Of a stretch of DNA of 64,000 bases, positions 1 to 9,157 are shown piece by piece (the stretch's first letter is position 1; each line of letters begins with the position of its first letter). Under the pieces are notes generated by a model. That model was not told the DNA's origin. It saw only the letters and a list, made by a program, of their open reading frames with translations, and searched no databases. This stretch comes from Flavobacteriales bacterium (GTDB lineage: Bacteria > Bacteroidota > Bacteroidia > Flavobacteriales > BACL11). Location: the NCBI GenBank assembly GCA_018645865.1, contig JABGVU010000099.1:5291-69290 (forward strand), written 5' to 3'. Position numbers and translations under genes: made by a program.

Positions 1-1
1 T

Positions 2-451
2 TTATTGGCTTGTAAGGATTTTACGAATAAAGATTTTGCTCGTTTTCATCCTGGAGGAACATTGGGGAAAAGATTATATTTGAAATTAGCAGATATACTG
101 AATGAAAATAGTAATCCATCTGTTAATGCAGATGCAACTATCAATCAGGTAATAATTGAGATTTCTAAAAAACGATTAGGAGCAACAGCAGTGCTTCAAA
201 ATAACATATTAAAAGGTATTATTACAGATGGTGATTTGAGAAGAATGCTAGAGAAAGGAGATTCGTTTACTAACCTAACAGCTAATGATATTATGTGTGT
301 TAACCCTAAAACGATTGATATAAACACTTTAGCTTATGATGCTTTGCAATTAATGGAACAAAATAATATTAGTCAAATGATAGTGATGAATAATGCTAAT
401 TATGTTGGTGTCGTACATATTCATGAAATTATAAAAGAAGGAGTGATTTAA
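2..451 (+). CDS. kpsF: Arabinose-5-phosphate isomerase (KpsF/GutQ family), C-terminal part; the 5' end lies outside the window
   Basis: The reading frame is open to the left edge. It carries a FARFHPGGTLGKRL linker followed by a tandem CBS-like region (GIITDGDLRR, VGVVHIHEI). Its stop overlaps the tatC ATG (TAATG). Confidence 0.8.
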   Translation, partial: LLACKDFTNKDFARFHPGGTLGKRLYLKLADILNENSNPSVNADATINQVIIEISKKRLGATAVLQNNILKGIITDGDLRRMLEKGDSFTNLTANDIMCVNPKTIDINTLAYDALQLMEQNNISQMIVMNNANYVGVVHIHEIIKEGVI

Positions 452-1263
452 TGAAAGAGCAAGAAAAGGAAATGTCATTCTTAGATCATCTTGAAATTTT
501 TAGGTGGCACCTTATTCGTTCGGCAGGAGCAATTATATTTTTTGCTGTTATTGCTTTTATTTATAAGGAGATCGTTTTTGATCTGATTCTTTTAGGTCCT
601 AAAAAGCCTGACTTTCCTACTTATCGTGCTTTATGTGGCATCTCCAACTTTTTGGGATTAAATGATGCTCTTTGTATGAAAGATTCTCCCTTTACTTTAA
701 TGAACATAAGTATGAGTGGACAGTTTTCAACTCATATTACTACTTCTATTTTTGCAGGATTTATTGTTGCATTTCCTTATGTTTTTTGGGAATTATGGCG
801 TTTTATAAGTCCTGCACTTTACAATTCGGAAACAAAACTAGCAAGAGGAGTAGTATTTTTCAGTTCAGTATTGTTTGCGTTTGGAGTATTATTTGGCTAT
901 TATGTAATTGCACCACTTTCAGTGAATTTTTTAGGGTCTTACCAAGTAAGTGATATGGTTGGTAATAATATTAGTTTAACCTCATTTATTTCAACAGTCA
1001 CCACAGTTAGTTTGGCAAACGGTATTATTTTTGAATTACCAATTTTAGTGTATTTTTTAACAAAAATAGGTTTTTTAACTCCTGATTTCATGCGTGTTTA
1101 CCGTAAGCACGCTATGGTGGTTACCCTTATTTTATCTGCAATAATTACTCCTCCTGATATTACATCACAAATTCTGGTTTCTTTTCCGTTAATCATATTA
1201 TATGAACTAAGTATTAAAATTTCAGCTAGAGTTATTAAGAATCAAGAAAAGAAAAAAACATGA
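451..1263 (+). CDS. tatC: Twin-arginine translocase subunit TatC
   Basis: The N-terminus ([17 protein letters not shown]) is typical of TatC. The protein has about 6 hydrophobic segments and the length (270 aa) fits. Confidence 0.9.
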   Translation: MKEQEKEMSFLDHLEIFRWHLIRSAGAIIFFAVIAFIYKEIVFDLILLGPKKPDFPTYRALCGISNFLGLNDALCMKDSPFTLMNISMSGQFSTHITTSIFAGFIVAFPYVFWELWRFISPALYNSETKLARGVVFFSSVLFAFGVLFGYYVIAPLSVNFLGSYQVSDMVGNNISLTSFISTVTTVSLANGIIFELPILVYFLTKIGFLTPDFMRVYRKHAMVVTLILSAIITPPDITSQILVSFPLIILYELSIKISARVIKNQEKKKT

Positions 1264-1985
1264 TTTTAAGAGCAGATAATATCATAAAGTATTATGGAAA
1301 AAAAGCGGTAGTTAAAGGCGTTTCTGTTGAGGTGCAGCAAGGCGAAATTGTTGGTCTTTTAGGGCCCAATGGTGCAGGAAAAACTACTTCTTTTTATATG
1401 ATGGTTGGTTTGGTAAAGCCCAATGAAGGGTATGTTTATTTAGATGATACTGACATTACCAAATTACCTATGTACAAGCGTGCTCAAATGGGAGTAGGGT
1501 ATTTATCCCAAGAAGCATCAGTATTTAGAAAAATGTCGGTTGAAGATAATATACTTTCTGTACTTGAAATGACAAAGCTTTCCAAAAACGAACAGCTTGA
1601 AAAATGTGAATCCTTATTGGATGAATTTAGTTTGCAGCATGTACGCAAGAATATGGGTGATTTACTTTCAGGAGGAGAGAGAAGAAGAACTGAAATTGCT
1701 AGATCTCTGGCAACTAATCCAAAGTTTATTTTGTTGGATGAGCCTTTTGCAGGCGTTGACCCTATTGCAGTTGAGGATATTCAGCAAATTGTTGCAAAAC
1801 TGAAAGATAAAAATATTGGGATATTAATTACCGACCATAATGTACATGAAACCTTAAAAATTACCGATAGAGCTTACTTGTTGTTTGAGGGAAATATTCT
1901 AAAACAAGGTACCGCTGAAGAATTAGCAGCTGACGAGCAGGTAAGAAAAGTGTACTTGGGTGAAAACTTTGAGCTTAGAAGATAA
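1260..1985 (+). CDS. lptB: LPS export ABC transporter ATP-binding protein LptB
   Basis: It has a Walker A (GPNGAGKTT), an ABC signature (LSGGERRR) and a Walker B (ILLDEPFAG). At 241 aa with no TM domain it fits LptB. It overlaps tatC through ATGA. Confidence 0.88.
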   Translation: MILRADNIIKYYGKKAVVKGVSVEVQQGEIVGLLGPNGAGKTTSFYMMVGLVKPNEGYVYLDDTDITKLPMYKRAQMGVGYLSQEASVFRKMSVEDNILSVLEMTKLSKNEQLEKCESLLDEFSLQHVRKNMGDLLSGGERRRTEIARSLATNPKFILLDEPFAGVDPIAVEDIQQIVAKLKDKNIGILITDHNVHETLKITDRAYLLFEGNILKQGTAEELAADEQVRKVYLGENFELRR

Positions 1986-2000
1986 GGCAAGTCCGCCACA

Positions 2001-2021
2001 CTATTGAATTTTAGTCAATAG
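2001..2021 (+). terminator. Weak AT-rich hairpin between the convergent lptB and purS genes
   Basis: The stem ctattga / tcaatag is 7 bp with a 7-nt loop, followed by agttttga. The stem is AT-rich and the T-run is short. Confidence 0.3.
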
Positions 2022-2040
2022 AGTTTTGATCTTCAGACAA

Positions 2041-2292
2041 CTAAACCTCAGTTAGTGTAAGTTCAAATGATTCCATAATTTGATTGCAGAGCATTTTTTT
2101 GCAAGCTTGTTCTACCTTTTCAGAAGCAATCTCTCTGCTACTAGCTTCAATTTCTAATGCAATGTGTTTGCCAATTCTTACATTTTCGATTTCTGCTAAA
2201 CCAACATTTCCCATACTAGCACTAACTGCTTTTCCTTGTGGGTCTAATAATGATTTAAGTGGCATTACATCTATTTCTGCTTTGAACTTCAT
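2041..2292 (-). CDS. purS: Phosphoribosylformylglycinamidine synthase subunit PurS
   Basis: The 83-aa protein has the PurS-like pattern (VMPLKSLLDPQGKAV...LAEIENVRIGKHIALEIE). Confidence 0.8.
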   Translation of the reverse strand: MKFKAEIDVMPLKSLLDPQGKAVSASMGNVGLAEIENVRIGKHIALEIEASSREIASEKVEQACKKMLCNQIMESFELTLTEV

Positions 2293-2294
2293 AA

Positions 2295-3011
2295 TTATAG
2301 TATATTATTTAATAGTGATAAAATCAGATACAAAATTACAATAAAAGGGATAGCAGCAAACTGAATAACAAAGAATAATATTACAGTGCTTAAAATTAAT
2401 ATTATCCTAAATATATTTAACCTAGTATTCAGGTCTTCATTCTTACTGTATTTAAGAGAAAATAAAGGCATCTTAACAACAAGAAGTAAAGGAAAAACTA
2501 CTGAAATGATTGTTAGGAATTGTAGGTTGACAAACATTGGAAATTGATTATCAATAAGGGGTAATGCTGCAACAAAAATAGCGAGTGTTGGAGTAGGTAA
2601 GCCAATAAAAGAGGTGGTTTGTTTAGTGTCGATATTAAAGTTGGCTAATCTGTAAGCTGAAAAGATGGGGATAAGTAAAGCAAGTAATTCCGGAAAAAAT
2701 AGATTGTCATTAGTTGCAATTTTGAAAATTATATCATGGTTTAATTCGTACATGAAATGAAAAAGAATAAAACCAGGTGCTACTCCGAAAGCAACTATGT
2801 CTGCCATTGAATCCAATTGTTTCCCTAGCTTTCCGTGTACTTTTAAAAGGCGTGCTGCTAGTCCATCAAAAAAGTCGAAAAAAGCACTTGCAAAAATGTA
2901 AAGGGAAGCCAGTTTTAAATTCCCTTGAAAAGCAAAAATAATGGACAACAGACCACAGGTTAAATTGGCAAGGGTAATTATATTTGGGATATTTCTTTTT
3001 ATTGCATTCAT
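2295..3011 (-). CDS. pssA: CDP-diacylglycerol--serine O-phosphatidyltransferase (CDP-alcohol phosphatidyltransferase family)
   Basis: It carries the CDP-alcohol motif DFFDGLAARLLKVHGKLGKQLDSMADIV and is a multi-TM protein of 238 aa. Confidence 0.8.
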   Translation of the reverse strand: MNAIKRNIPNIITLANLTCGLLSIIFAFQGNLKLASLYIFASAFFDFFDGLAARLLKVHGKLGKQLDSMADIVAFGVAPGFILFHFMYELNHDIIFKIATNDNLFFPELLALLIPIFSAYRLANFNIDTKQTTSFIGLPTPTLAIFVAALPLIDNQFPMFVNLQFLTIISVVFPLLLVVKMPLFSLKYSKNEDLNTRLNIFRIILILSTVILFFVIQFAAIPFIVILYLILSLLNNIL

Positions 3012-3044
3012 ATCAGCAAAAATATGATAATATTTGTAACCATT

Positions 3045-4583
3045 ATGAAAAAACTATTTGCAGCAGTATCTAGCGGATTATTATTGGCATTTTCTTGGCC
3101 GTCAATAGGTGTTTTCCCACTTATCTTTTTTGCTTTTCTTCCTCTGTTAATGTTAGAGGAAAGTTCTGAAAAAAGAAAATCTGTTTTTGGGTATGGATAT
3201 CTTGCTTTTTTTATTTTTAATCTAATCACAACCTACTGGGTGTGGCAAGCTACTGCTGTAGGTTCGGTTGTCGCCTTCTTGCTTAATTCTTTGTTAATGG
3301 CTTTTGCTTTTTATGTTTTTCATAAAATTAAAAAATCAATAAAACCAAGGTTGGGTTATTTGGGATTTATTGTGTGTTGGTTGTCTTTTGAATACCTGCA
3401 CCTGCATTGGGATTTGTCATGGCCATGGCTAACTCTTGGGAATGTTTTTGCTAATGTACCTAGTATTGTTCAGTGGTATGAATATACGGGTGTTTTGGGT
3501 GGTTCGCTTTGGGTGTTGTTAGTTAATATTTTGATATTTAAAGCTTGGACTACTGAATCAGATAAACAAAAATGGATTTCCCCTTTTCTGGTGTTGGTAG
3601 TTCCTGTATTAATTTCTTTTTATTTGGGTGCAATTAAGGATTTGATAATGGAAAAAAGTACACATGAAATTGTAATTGCACAACCTAATGTTGATCCTTA
3701 TATTGATAAATTTAATGTAGGCTATGATCAGCAGTTGGTTGATTTTATTGTCTTAGCAAAAACAAAATTAACCCAGAATACGACACTTTTAATTGGGCCT
3801 GAAACAGCATTGCAAGAAGAAATTTGGGAAAATAAATTAGAAGCTACTTATAGTGTCAGGGCGTTTAAGGAATTGCAAAAACAGTTTCCTAATTTGAATA
3901 TCTTAGTAGGAGCTTCTACTTATAAAATGTTTAGTCATGGAGAGCAAAAAACGACAACTACTCGCCAGATTAGAAATGAGCATGTTTATTATGACGCCTA
4001 TAATTCAGCTGTCTTTATTCCTGATTCTGGAGAGGTGCAAGTGTATCATAAAACCAAGTTGGTGCCTGGAGCTGAAAAAACTCCCTTCCCAAAGCTTTTA
4101 GATAAATTGGTTGGTATCATGTTGGATTTAGGTGGGACTTCCGGCTCTTTAGGAACTAAAAACAAAGTGCATCAGTTTGAAGTTAATGAAATGAGCATAC
4201 AGCCACTTATTTGTTATGAAAGTATTTATGGTGATTTGCAAAAAGGAAATACAAACCTGATAGCGATTATAACCAATGATGGTTGGTGGAAAAATACTGC
4301 AGGCTATAAGCAGCATTTTGAGTATGCTAGGCTTAGGGCGGTTGAGCAAAGAAGAATGATTGTTCGTTCAGCTAACACAGGAATTTCTGGTGTTATTTCT
4401 CCTTATGGTGAAGTGATTGAAAGTACAAACTGGGATGAAGCTATTTGTATTACTGCTAATATTAGTTTGAATAATGAAACTACTTTTTATAGTAAGTTTG
4501 GCGATTACATAGGAAGGCTCTCAGTTTTTATGGCCTTTATGCTGATGATTACTTCCTTTGTAAAAGGGAGGTTGAAGAAATAA
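3045..4583 (+). CDS. lnt: Apolipoprotein N-acyltransferase
   Basis: An N-terminal multi-TM region is followed by a C-terminal CN-hydrolase domain with the catalytic Cys context PLICYESIYG. I prefer the ATG at 3045 over the upstream 3024 start, which crowds the pssA start. Confidence 0.85.
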   Translation: MKKLFAAVSSGLLLAFSWPSIGVFPLIFFAFLPLLMLEESSEKRKSVFGYGYLAFFIFNLITTYWVWQATAVGSVVAFLLNSLLMAFAFYVFHKIKKSIKPRLGYLGFIVCWLSFEYLHLHWDLSWPWLTLGNVFANVPSIVQWYEYTGVLGGSLWVLLVNILIFKAWTTESDKQKWISPFLVLVVPVLISFYLGAIKDLIMEKSTHEIVIAQPNVDPYIDKFNVGYDQQLVDFIVLAKTKLTQNTTLLIGPETALQEEIWENKLEATYSVRAFKELQKQFPNLNILVGASTYKMFSHGEQKTTTTRQIRNEHVYYDAYNSAVFIPDSGEVQVYHKTKLVPGAEKTPFPKLLDKLVGIMLDLGGTSGSLGTKNKVHQFEVNEMSIQPLICYESIYGDLQKGNTNLIAIITNDGWWKNTAGYKQHFEYARLRAVEQRRMIVRSANTGISGVISPYGEVIESTNWDEAICITANISLNNETTFYSKFGDYIGRLSVFMAFMLMITSFVKGRLKK

Positions 4584-4631
4584 AAAAACCACTTTTTACA
4601 GAATGGGTTTTGATTACTTTTTTAAAAAAAA

Positions 4632-4949
4632 TTACTCTTCAGTTGTTGTTTCTTCCTCATCTTCAGTTAAGTCAATATTGATTTCAATAAGGGTGTCAAC
4701 ATCACCTTCCATTTCAATATCCTCTAGCACAGTATCTACTATACTATCTACATCAAGATTTTCATCCTCTACTTGAATCTCTACTCTTATTTTTTTCTTT
4801 ACCTCTATTGCATCATCTTCAATTCCTATATTAAAGCCATTGTTTAGCGTGCAAGTACTTTCTTCACCACATTCACAATTAATAACAAATAAATAGCCTA
4901 ATAAAACAATAACGAGCCCCCATGTTAAGGGTTTTTCTAAATTTCCCAT
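4632..4949 (-). CDS. Hypothetical small membrane-anchored, extremely acidic protein
   Basis: It has one N-terminal hydrophobic segment (LTWGLVIVLLGYLFVI) and a CxC motif. The rest is a D/E-rich tail ending in TEDEEETTTEE. I did not recognise a family. Confidence 0.5.
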   Translation of the reverse strand: MGNLEKPLTWGLVIVLLGYLFVINCECGEESTCTLNNGFNIGIEDDAIEVKKKIRVEIQVEDENLDVDSIVDTVLEDIEMEGDVDTLIEINIDLTEDEEETTTEE

Positions 4950-4994
4950 GATCTTAATTTTTAGTTAGTATGGCGCTAAGTTAGTAAAAATAAA

Positions 4995-5780
4995 TTATTT
5001 AAGCGTATTTGGAATTTTGCAAACCGGTATGGCATGCATTTTATGTTGATTAGCTTTGTTCATTTTAGTGTAAATGTCAAGCACTTGTTTTTCTCTTGTT
5101 GTTAAGGCGTTTTTATCGCCACTAAAAGCCATTGCCCATTCTAGTTCCTGGTAGCTTGCGCCTATTTGATCTTCATCAGTTTTATCTTCTCCCCAAAGGC
5201 CGTCAGTAGGTGCAGCTTTTAGTATTTCAGTATCAATACCAAGCTCCTTCCCAAGCGTATATACTTCAGTTTTCAGTAAATCAGCAATTGGGCTAATATC
5301 TACTCCTCCATCACCATATTTGGTAAAGAAGCCAATTCCAAAATCCTCTACTTTATTTCCTGTACCTAGTACTAATGAGTTGTTGGCTTGTGCAAAATAA
5401 TAGAGGGTAGTCATTCTTAGCCTTGCTCTTGTGTTCACTAAAGCTAATTCATGTTTTTCTTCTCCTAAAGGAAGTAAACTTATAAAGCGATCAAAAACAG
5501 GAGTGAGTTCTAATTCCACTCTCCTCACATTTTCAAAATTCTCTTTTAACCAATCAATGTGTTTCAATCCTCTATCTACTTGTTTGTTGTTTTGATGTAT
5601 TGGCATTTCCACACAAAGTAAAGGTAATCCTGTTTTAGCTGCTAGCGTTGAGGTAATTGCAGAATCAATCCCACCAGAAATCCCAATCACAAATCCTTTA
5701 ACATGCGTGTTTTGGGCGTAATTAAGTAGCCAATCACTAATGTGATTTATTATTGCTGTAGTTTCCATAATTGTTTGCAA
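4995..5780 (-). CDS. nadE: Ammonia-dependent NAD+ synthetase
   Basis: It carries the PP-loop GISGGIDSA and is 261 aa. The family-typical C-terminal region is present. Confidence 0.9.
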   Translation of the reverse strand: MQTIMETTAIINHISDWLLNYAQNTHVKGFVIGISGGIDSAITSTLAAKTGLPLLCVEMPIHQNNKQVDRGLKHIDWLKENFENVRRVELELTPVFDRFISLLPLGEEKHELALVNTRARLRMTTLYYFAQANNSLVLGTGNKVEDFGIGFFTKYGDGGVDISPIADLLKTEVYTLGKELGIDTEILKAAPTDGLWGEDKTDEDQIGASYQELEWAMAFSGDKNALTTREKQVLDIYTKMNKANQHKMHAIPVCKIPNTLK

Positions 5781-5809
5781 ATGTAAAAGAAAACTTCTTA
5801 ATTTGCCAG

Positions 5810-6814
5810 ATGAAACCTATAGTCTTATTTCTTTCAGTTACCCTTGCTACTTTTTTGTTAGCGTCTTGGCTTTTCTCTCTTTCTTCTGATGCTGAAAAGC
5901 TAGATTTAAAAGTGAATAGATTTGAACAATCACTATTTGAAATAACTCCTGATAATGTGACTGAGCTATCTGCAAAGTGGGTAGATGATTTTGGTGCTTT
6001 TGATGAGGTGTTTGCTAGTCAGATTATGCAAAAAGGCAACCTAACGGATGAGCAGTATAATCAAGAGCTTGTTGTTTTTACTCAGCATAAAGATATGCGA
6101 GAAGCTTATGATAGTGTTGCTGTAATGTTTACTGATTTTTCGAATATTGAGCAGGAATTAGAATCTGCTTTTTGGCAATTTCATGATGACTTTCCTTCTT
6201 ACCCAATTCCTGAAATAACTACTTTTTTTGGAGGTTTTAATTATGGTGTTGTTACTTATGATGATAATATTGCTATTGGTTTGGAAAACTTTTTAGGACA
6301 AAATAGCAAGTACTATTCTTTACTAGGAGATCCAAGTTATTTACGTTTTCAAAAACAAAAAAAGTTTATTGCTTCTAATGTAATGGAGGTGTGGATAAAT
6401 GAATATTTTCAAGAATATTTAGGAGGGAGGGACTTGCTTTCTCAACTTATCTATAAAGGAAAAGTAATGTATTGTATTGATAAAATGCTGCCTAATCTTT
6501 CAATGGAGGATAAGTTTCGTTTTACGATTGAACAAATGGATTGGGTGGTAGAAAATGAAGCAAGTGTTTGGCAGTATATAGTGCATGAAGATTTATTGTT
6601 TTCCAAAGACGAACAACAATTCAGAACCTTTATAAATTACTCTCCTTTTGCAAAAGGAATGCCACCACAAGCTCCAGGCAGAGTAGCTTACTATATTGGT
6701 TATAAAATGGTAAATGAATACATGGGTAACAATGAAATTGATGTTGAGGAACTTATGTATTTGACAGATTCAAGAAAATTTTTACAACAATCAAAATATA
6801 AACCTACAAAATAG
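5810..6814 (+). CDS. gldB: Gliding motility protein GldB
   Basis: Size and overall sequence fit GldB, and it sits in the canonical gldB-gldC pair directly upstream of a GldC-like ORF. The ATG at 5810 is preferred because the TTG at 5771 would overlap the nadE start. Confidence 0.75.
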   Translation: MKPIVLFLSVTLATFLLASWLFSLSSDAEKLDLKVNRFEQSLFEITPDNVTELSAKWVDDFGAFDEVFASQIMQKGNLTDEQYNQELVVFTQHKDMREAYDSVAVMFTDFSNIEQELESAFWQFHDDFPSYPIPEITTFFGGFNYGVVTYDDNIAIGLENFLGQNSKYYSLLGDPSYLRFQKQKKFIASNVMEVWINEYFQEYLGGRDLLSQLIYKGKVMYCIDKMLPNLSMEDKFRFTIEQMDWVVENEASVWQYIVHEDLLFSKDEQQFRTFINYSPFAKGMPPQAPGRVAYYIGYKMVNEYMGNNEIDVEELMYLTDSRKFLQQSKYKPTK

Positions 6815-6818
6815 TATA

Positions 6819-7148
6819 ATGAAACAGACTTTAAAATTTGAACTTGAGTTAGACGACAATAATTTACCTCTAAATATCGAAATGCATGCAAGTGATGACG
6901 CTGCAAATGAGAAGGAAATCAAAGCTTTAATGGTGTCTGCTTGGGCGGCTAAAACTAAAGAGACTTTACGTATTGACCTTTGGACTAAGGATATGACTGT
7001 GAATGAAATGTTTATTATGTATCATCAAACTATGATGGGGATGGCAGTTACTTTGGAACGAGCAACAGGACATGATAAATTGGCAAGTGCTTTACGTGAT
7101 TATTGCGAGTTCTTTGCAGAACAAACGGAAATCAAAGGGACTAAATAA
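6819..7148 (+). CDS. gldC: Gliding motility protein GldC
   Basis: The 109-aa soluble protein lies immediately after gldB. It contains an ETLRIDLWTKDMTVNEM block typical of GldC. Confidence 0.7.
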   Translation: MKQTLKFELELDDNNLPLNIEMHASDDAANEKEIKALMVSAWAAKTKETLRIDLWTKDMTVNEMFIMYHQTMMGMAVTLERATGHDKLASALRDYCEFFAEQTEIKGTK

Positions 7149-7749
7149 TCTCTTTAAATTGAGGATTTAGGTTTTTAATAAAAGTGGAAATTTCAGTTGT
7201 TCCTATTTTCTTTTCGGCTGAGGTGATAAATATCTGAGGTAATTCATCCCAAGTTTTTTTCATTTCAACTTTATAAGAGCCAATATTTTTGGCAAGCTCT
7301 ACTTTTCCTAGTTTATCAGCTTTGGTAAAGACCATTACAAAAGCAATGCCTTTTTCGGCTAGCCAATGCATGAATTCCTGGTCAATTGCTTGCGGTTTAT
7401 GTCTAGCATCAATTAATACAAACAGACACATTAGGTTAGTTCTGTTAAGCAGATATTCACTTATCATATCATGAAATTCTGCTCGTATTGCTTTAGGAAC
7501 CTTCGCATATCCAAACCCTGGTAAATCGACTAAATACCATTCGTTATTGATGATGAAATGATTGATGAGCTGAGTTTTTCCTGGTCTTCTTGAAGTTTTA
7601 GCTAAATTCTTATGATTTACTAAAGCATTTATTAAAGATGATTTTCCAACATTAGACCTTCCAATAAAAGCATATTCTGCCATTCTGGGTGCAGGACATG
7701 TTTTGTAATCAGCATTACTAATTACAAATTCACCAGTTTTAATTTTCAT
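7141..7749 (-). CDS. engB: Ribosome biogenesis GTP-binding protein YsxC/EngB
   Basis: The GTPase motifs G1 (GRSNVGKSSLIN), G3 (DLPGFG) and G4 (TKADK) are all present. Confidence 0.9.
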   Translation of the reverse strand: MKIKTGEFVISNADYKTCPAPRMAEYAFIGRSNVGKSSLINALVNHKNLAKTSRRPGKTQLINHFIINNEWYLVDLPGFGYAKVPKAIRAEFHDMISEYLLNRTNLMCLFVLIDARHKPQAIDQEFMHWLAEKGIAFVMVFTKADKLGKVELAKNIGSYKVEMKKTWDELPQIFITSAEKKIGTTEISTFIKNLNPQFKEII

Positions 7750-7755
7750 GATTAT

Positions 7756-8508
7756 TTAAAATTTATCGTTCAAGAATTTTAGTACGATTTTACTAAATTC
7801 TTCAGGGTGCTCCCACATAGCCGCATGCCCACACAATGGTATCCAATGTAGCTCAGAATTTGGTAATAATTCATGAAATTCTTCCGCAACATTCGGTGGA
7901 GTTACTTTATCGTGCTCTCCCCAAATTAAACAAACAGGTATCTTGAAATGAGGTAGGTCCTGCCCCATATTGTGTCTGATAGCTGATTTTGCATATCCTA
8001 ATAGTTTTAAAATTGACACACGATTATTTGCAATTTCAAATATTTTATCAACTAGTTCATCAGTTGCTACTTTTGGATCGTAGAATACTTCTTCTGTTTT
8101 TGTTCTTATATAATTTTTATCTCCTCTTCTTGGGAAAGAATCTCCCATTGCGTTTTCGTATAATCCCGAACTACCTGTAAGTACCAGACCACTCACCATC
8201 TCAGGGTGTTTTTTTGAAAAAATAAGAGCAATATGCCCTCCCATTGAATTTCCAAGTAATATTGCTGACGAAAGCCCAAGGTAATTCATAAATTCGTATA
8301 AATAATCACTTAAAGATTTGACAGAAACTTTAAGAATACTTCCTTCAAAAAGTTTAAGGTCCAATCCGTAAACTTTGTGTTCTTTAGAAATAAAATCAAC
8401 CATCTCACCAAAGTTCTCAATTCCACCCATCAAACCATGTAATAGTATGATAGGTTTTCCCTTATCTCCTTTTTCAAGCCATTTGAATTTTCCTTCTTCC
8501 TTAACCAT
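7756..8508 (-). CDS. Alpha/beta-fold hydrolase
   Basis: It has an HG oxyanion motif (ILLHGLMGG), a nucleophile elbow (GNSMGGH) and a C-terminal GHAAMWE histidine. Confidence 0.75.
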   Translation of the reverse strand: MVKEEGKFKWLEKGDKGKPIILLHGLMGGIENFGEMVDFISKEHKVYGLDLKLFEGSILKVSVKSLSDYLYEFMNYLGLSSAILLGNSMGGHIALIFSKKHPEMVSGLVLTGSSGLYENAMGDSFPRRGDKNYIRTKTEEVFYDPKVATDELVDKIFEIANNRVSILKLLGYAKSAIRHNMGQDLPHFKIPVCLIWGEHDKVTPPNVAEEFHELLPNSELHWIPLCGHAAMWEHPEEFSKIVLKFLNDKF

Positions 8509-8587
8509 ATGAGTTCTGATTTTAATTTACAAAGAAACAAAAATATTTGTTAACTATACTAACTAGAAAGAAGATAGAGTAAAAAGT

Positions 8588-8640
8588 TAGTGGATGGGTA
8601 AAGTTATCAACAAAGTGGTATAGAGTGGGATAAAGTGGGA
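8588..8640 (+). promoter_or_regulatory. MraZ operator: phased AGTGG(G) direct repeats upstream of mraZ
   Basis: AGTGG at 8614, AGTGGG at 8624 and AGTGGG at 8634 are spaced exactly 10 bp apart. A further AGTGGATGGG lies at 8588. The array sits 40-90 nt upstream of the mraZ start. Confidence 0.6.
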
Positions 8641-8680
8641 TTTATACTTATATTAGCACCCGGATTCAAAGTTAATTAAA

Positions 8681-9157
8681 GTGATAAATGTAATAGGAAC
8701 ATACGAATGTAAAGCTGACGAGAAAGGGCGTGTGATGTTCCCTGCTGCCCTTAAAAAACAATTGAAAAATGTGATGAATGATGGCTTTGTGATTAAGAGG
8801 TCAGTTTTTAATAAGTGTTTAGAGATTCACCCCATGTCAGAATGGGAGAAAGTTGTGAATCAAGTAAACAAGTTGAATCGCTTTGTTAAAAAGAATAATG
8901 ATTTTATTAGATCCTACATGTCAGGATTAAAAGTAGTTGAGGTAGATGGTGCAGGTCGATTTTTAATTCCTAAGGATTTGTATGGATTTGCAGATTTGAA
9001 AAAGGAGTTAGTCTTGTCTTCTTCAGTAAATATGATAGAGATTTGGGATAAAGATAAATATGAGACTTCTGTAGCTGAAACACTAGTTAATTTTGGAAAT
9101 CTGGCTGAGGATGTGATGGGGAATCAGCCTCAAGATGATTCGGATGGAATATCATAA
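8681..9157 (+). CDS. mraZ: Transcriptional regulator MraZ
   Basis: Two repeated DxxGR-type motifs are present (ADEKGRVMFP and DGAGRFLIP). It uses a GTG start and is the first gene of the dcw cluster. Confidence 0.9.
   Translation: MINVIGTYECKADEKGRVMFPAALKKQLKNVMNDGFVIKRSVFNKCLEIHPMSEWEKVVNQVNKLNRFVKKNNDFIRSYMSGLKVVEVDGAGRFLIPKDLYGFADLKKELVLSSSVNMIEIWDKDKYETSVAETLVNFGNLAEDVMGNQPQDDSDGIS

Noticed and set aside
672-1803. There are internal alternative-frame ORFs inside tatC (672-953) and lptB (1597-1803).
   Set aside because: They are out of frame within well-supported genes and have no recognisable domains. They are typical shadow ORFs in AT-rich DNA.
4585-4611. A possible bidirectional terminator lies between lnt and the acidic mini-protein gene (aaaacc ... 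ggtttt).
   Set aside because: The stem is only 6 bp and mostly A/T, with a 15-nt loop. It is too weak to call from sequence alone.
5771-5809. The ORF track gives longer upstream starts for gldB (TTG 5771), murD (15072), the arginase-like gene (33320), miaB (TTG 30898), lnt (3024), murG (17548) and the barrel gene (57792).
   Set aside because: Each extension overlaps the neighbouring gene substantially or adds non-homologous residues before the family-typical N-terminus. Internal ATGs that restore typical N-termini and TAATG/ATGA-type couplings were preferred.
7141-7148. The convergent genes gldC and engB overlap at their 3' ends by 8 nt.
   Set aside because: Short convergent overlaps are common in compact genomes. 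Nothing else is unusual here. The similar TTAA overlap at 59324-59327 is mentioned only as a detail of another finding.
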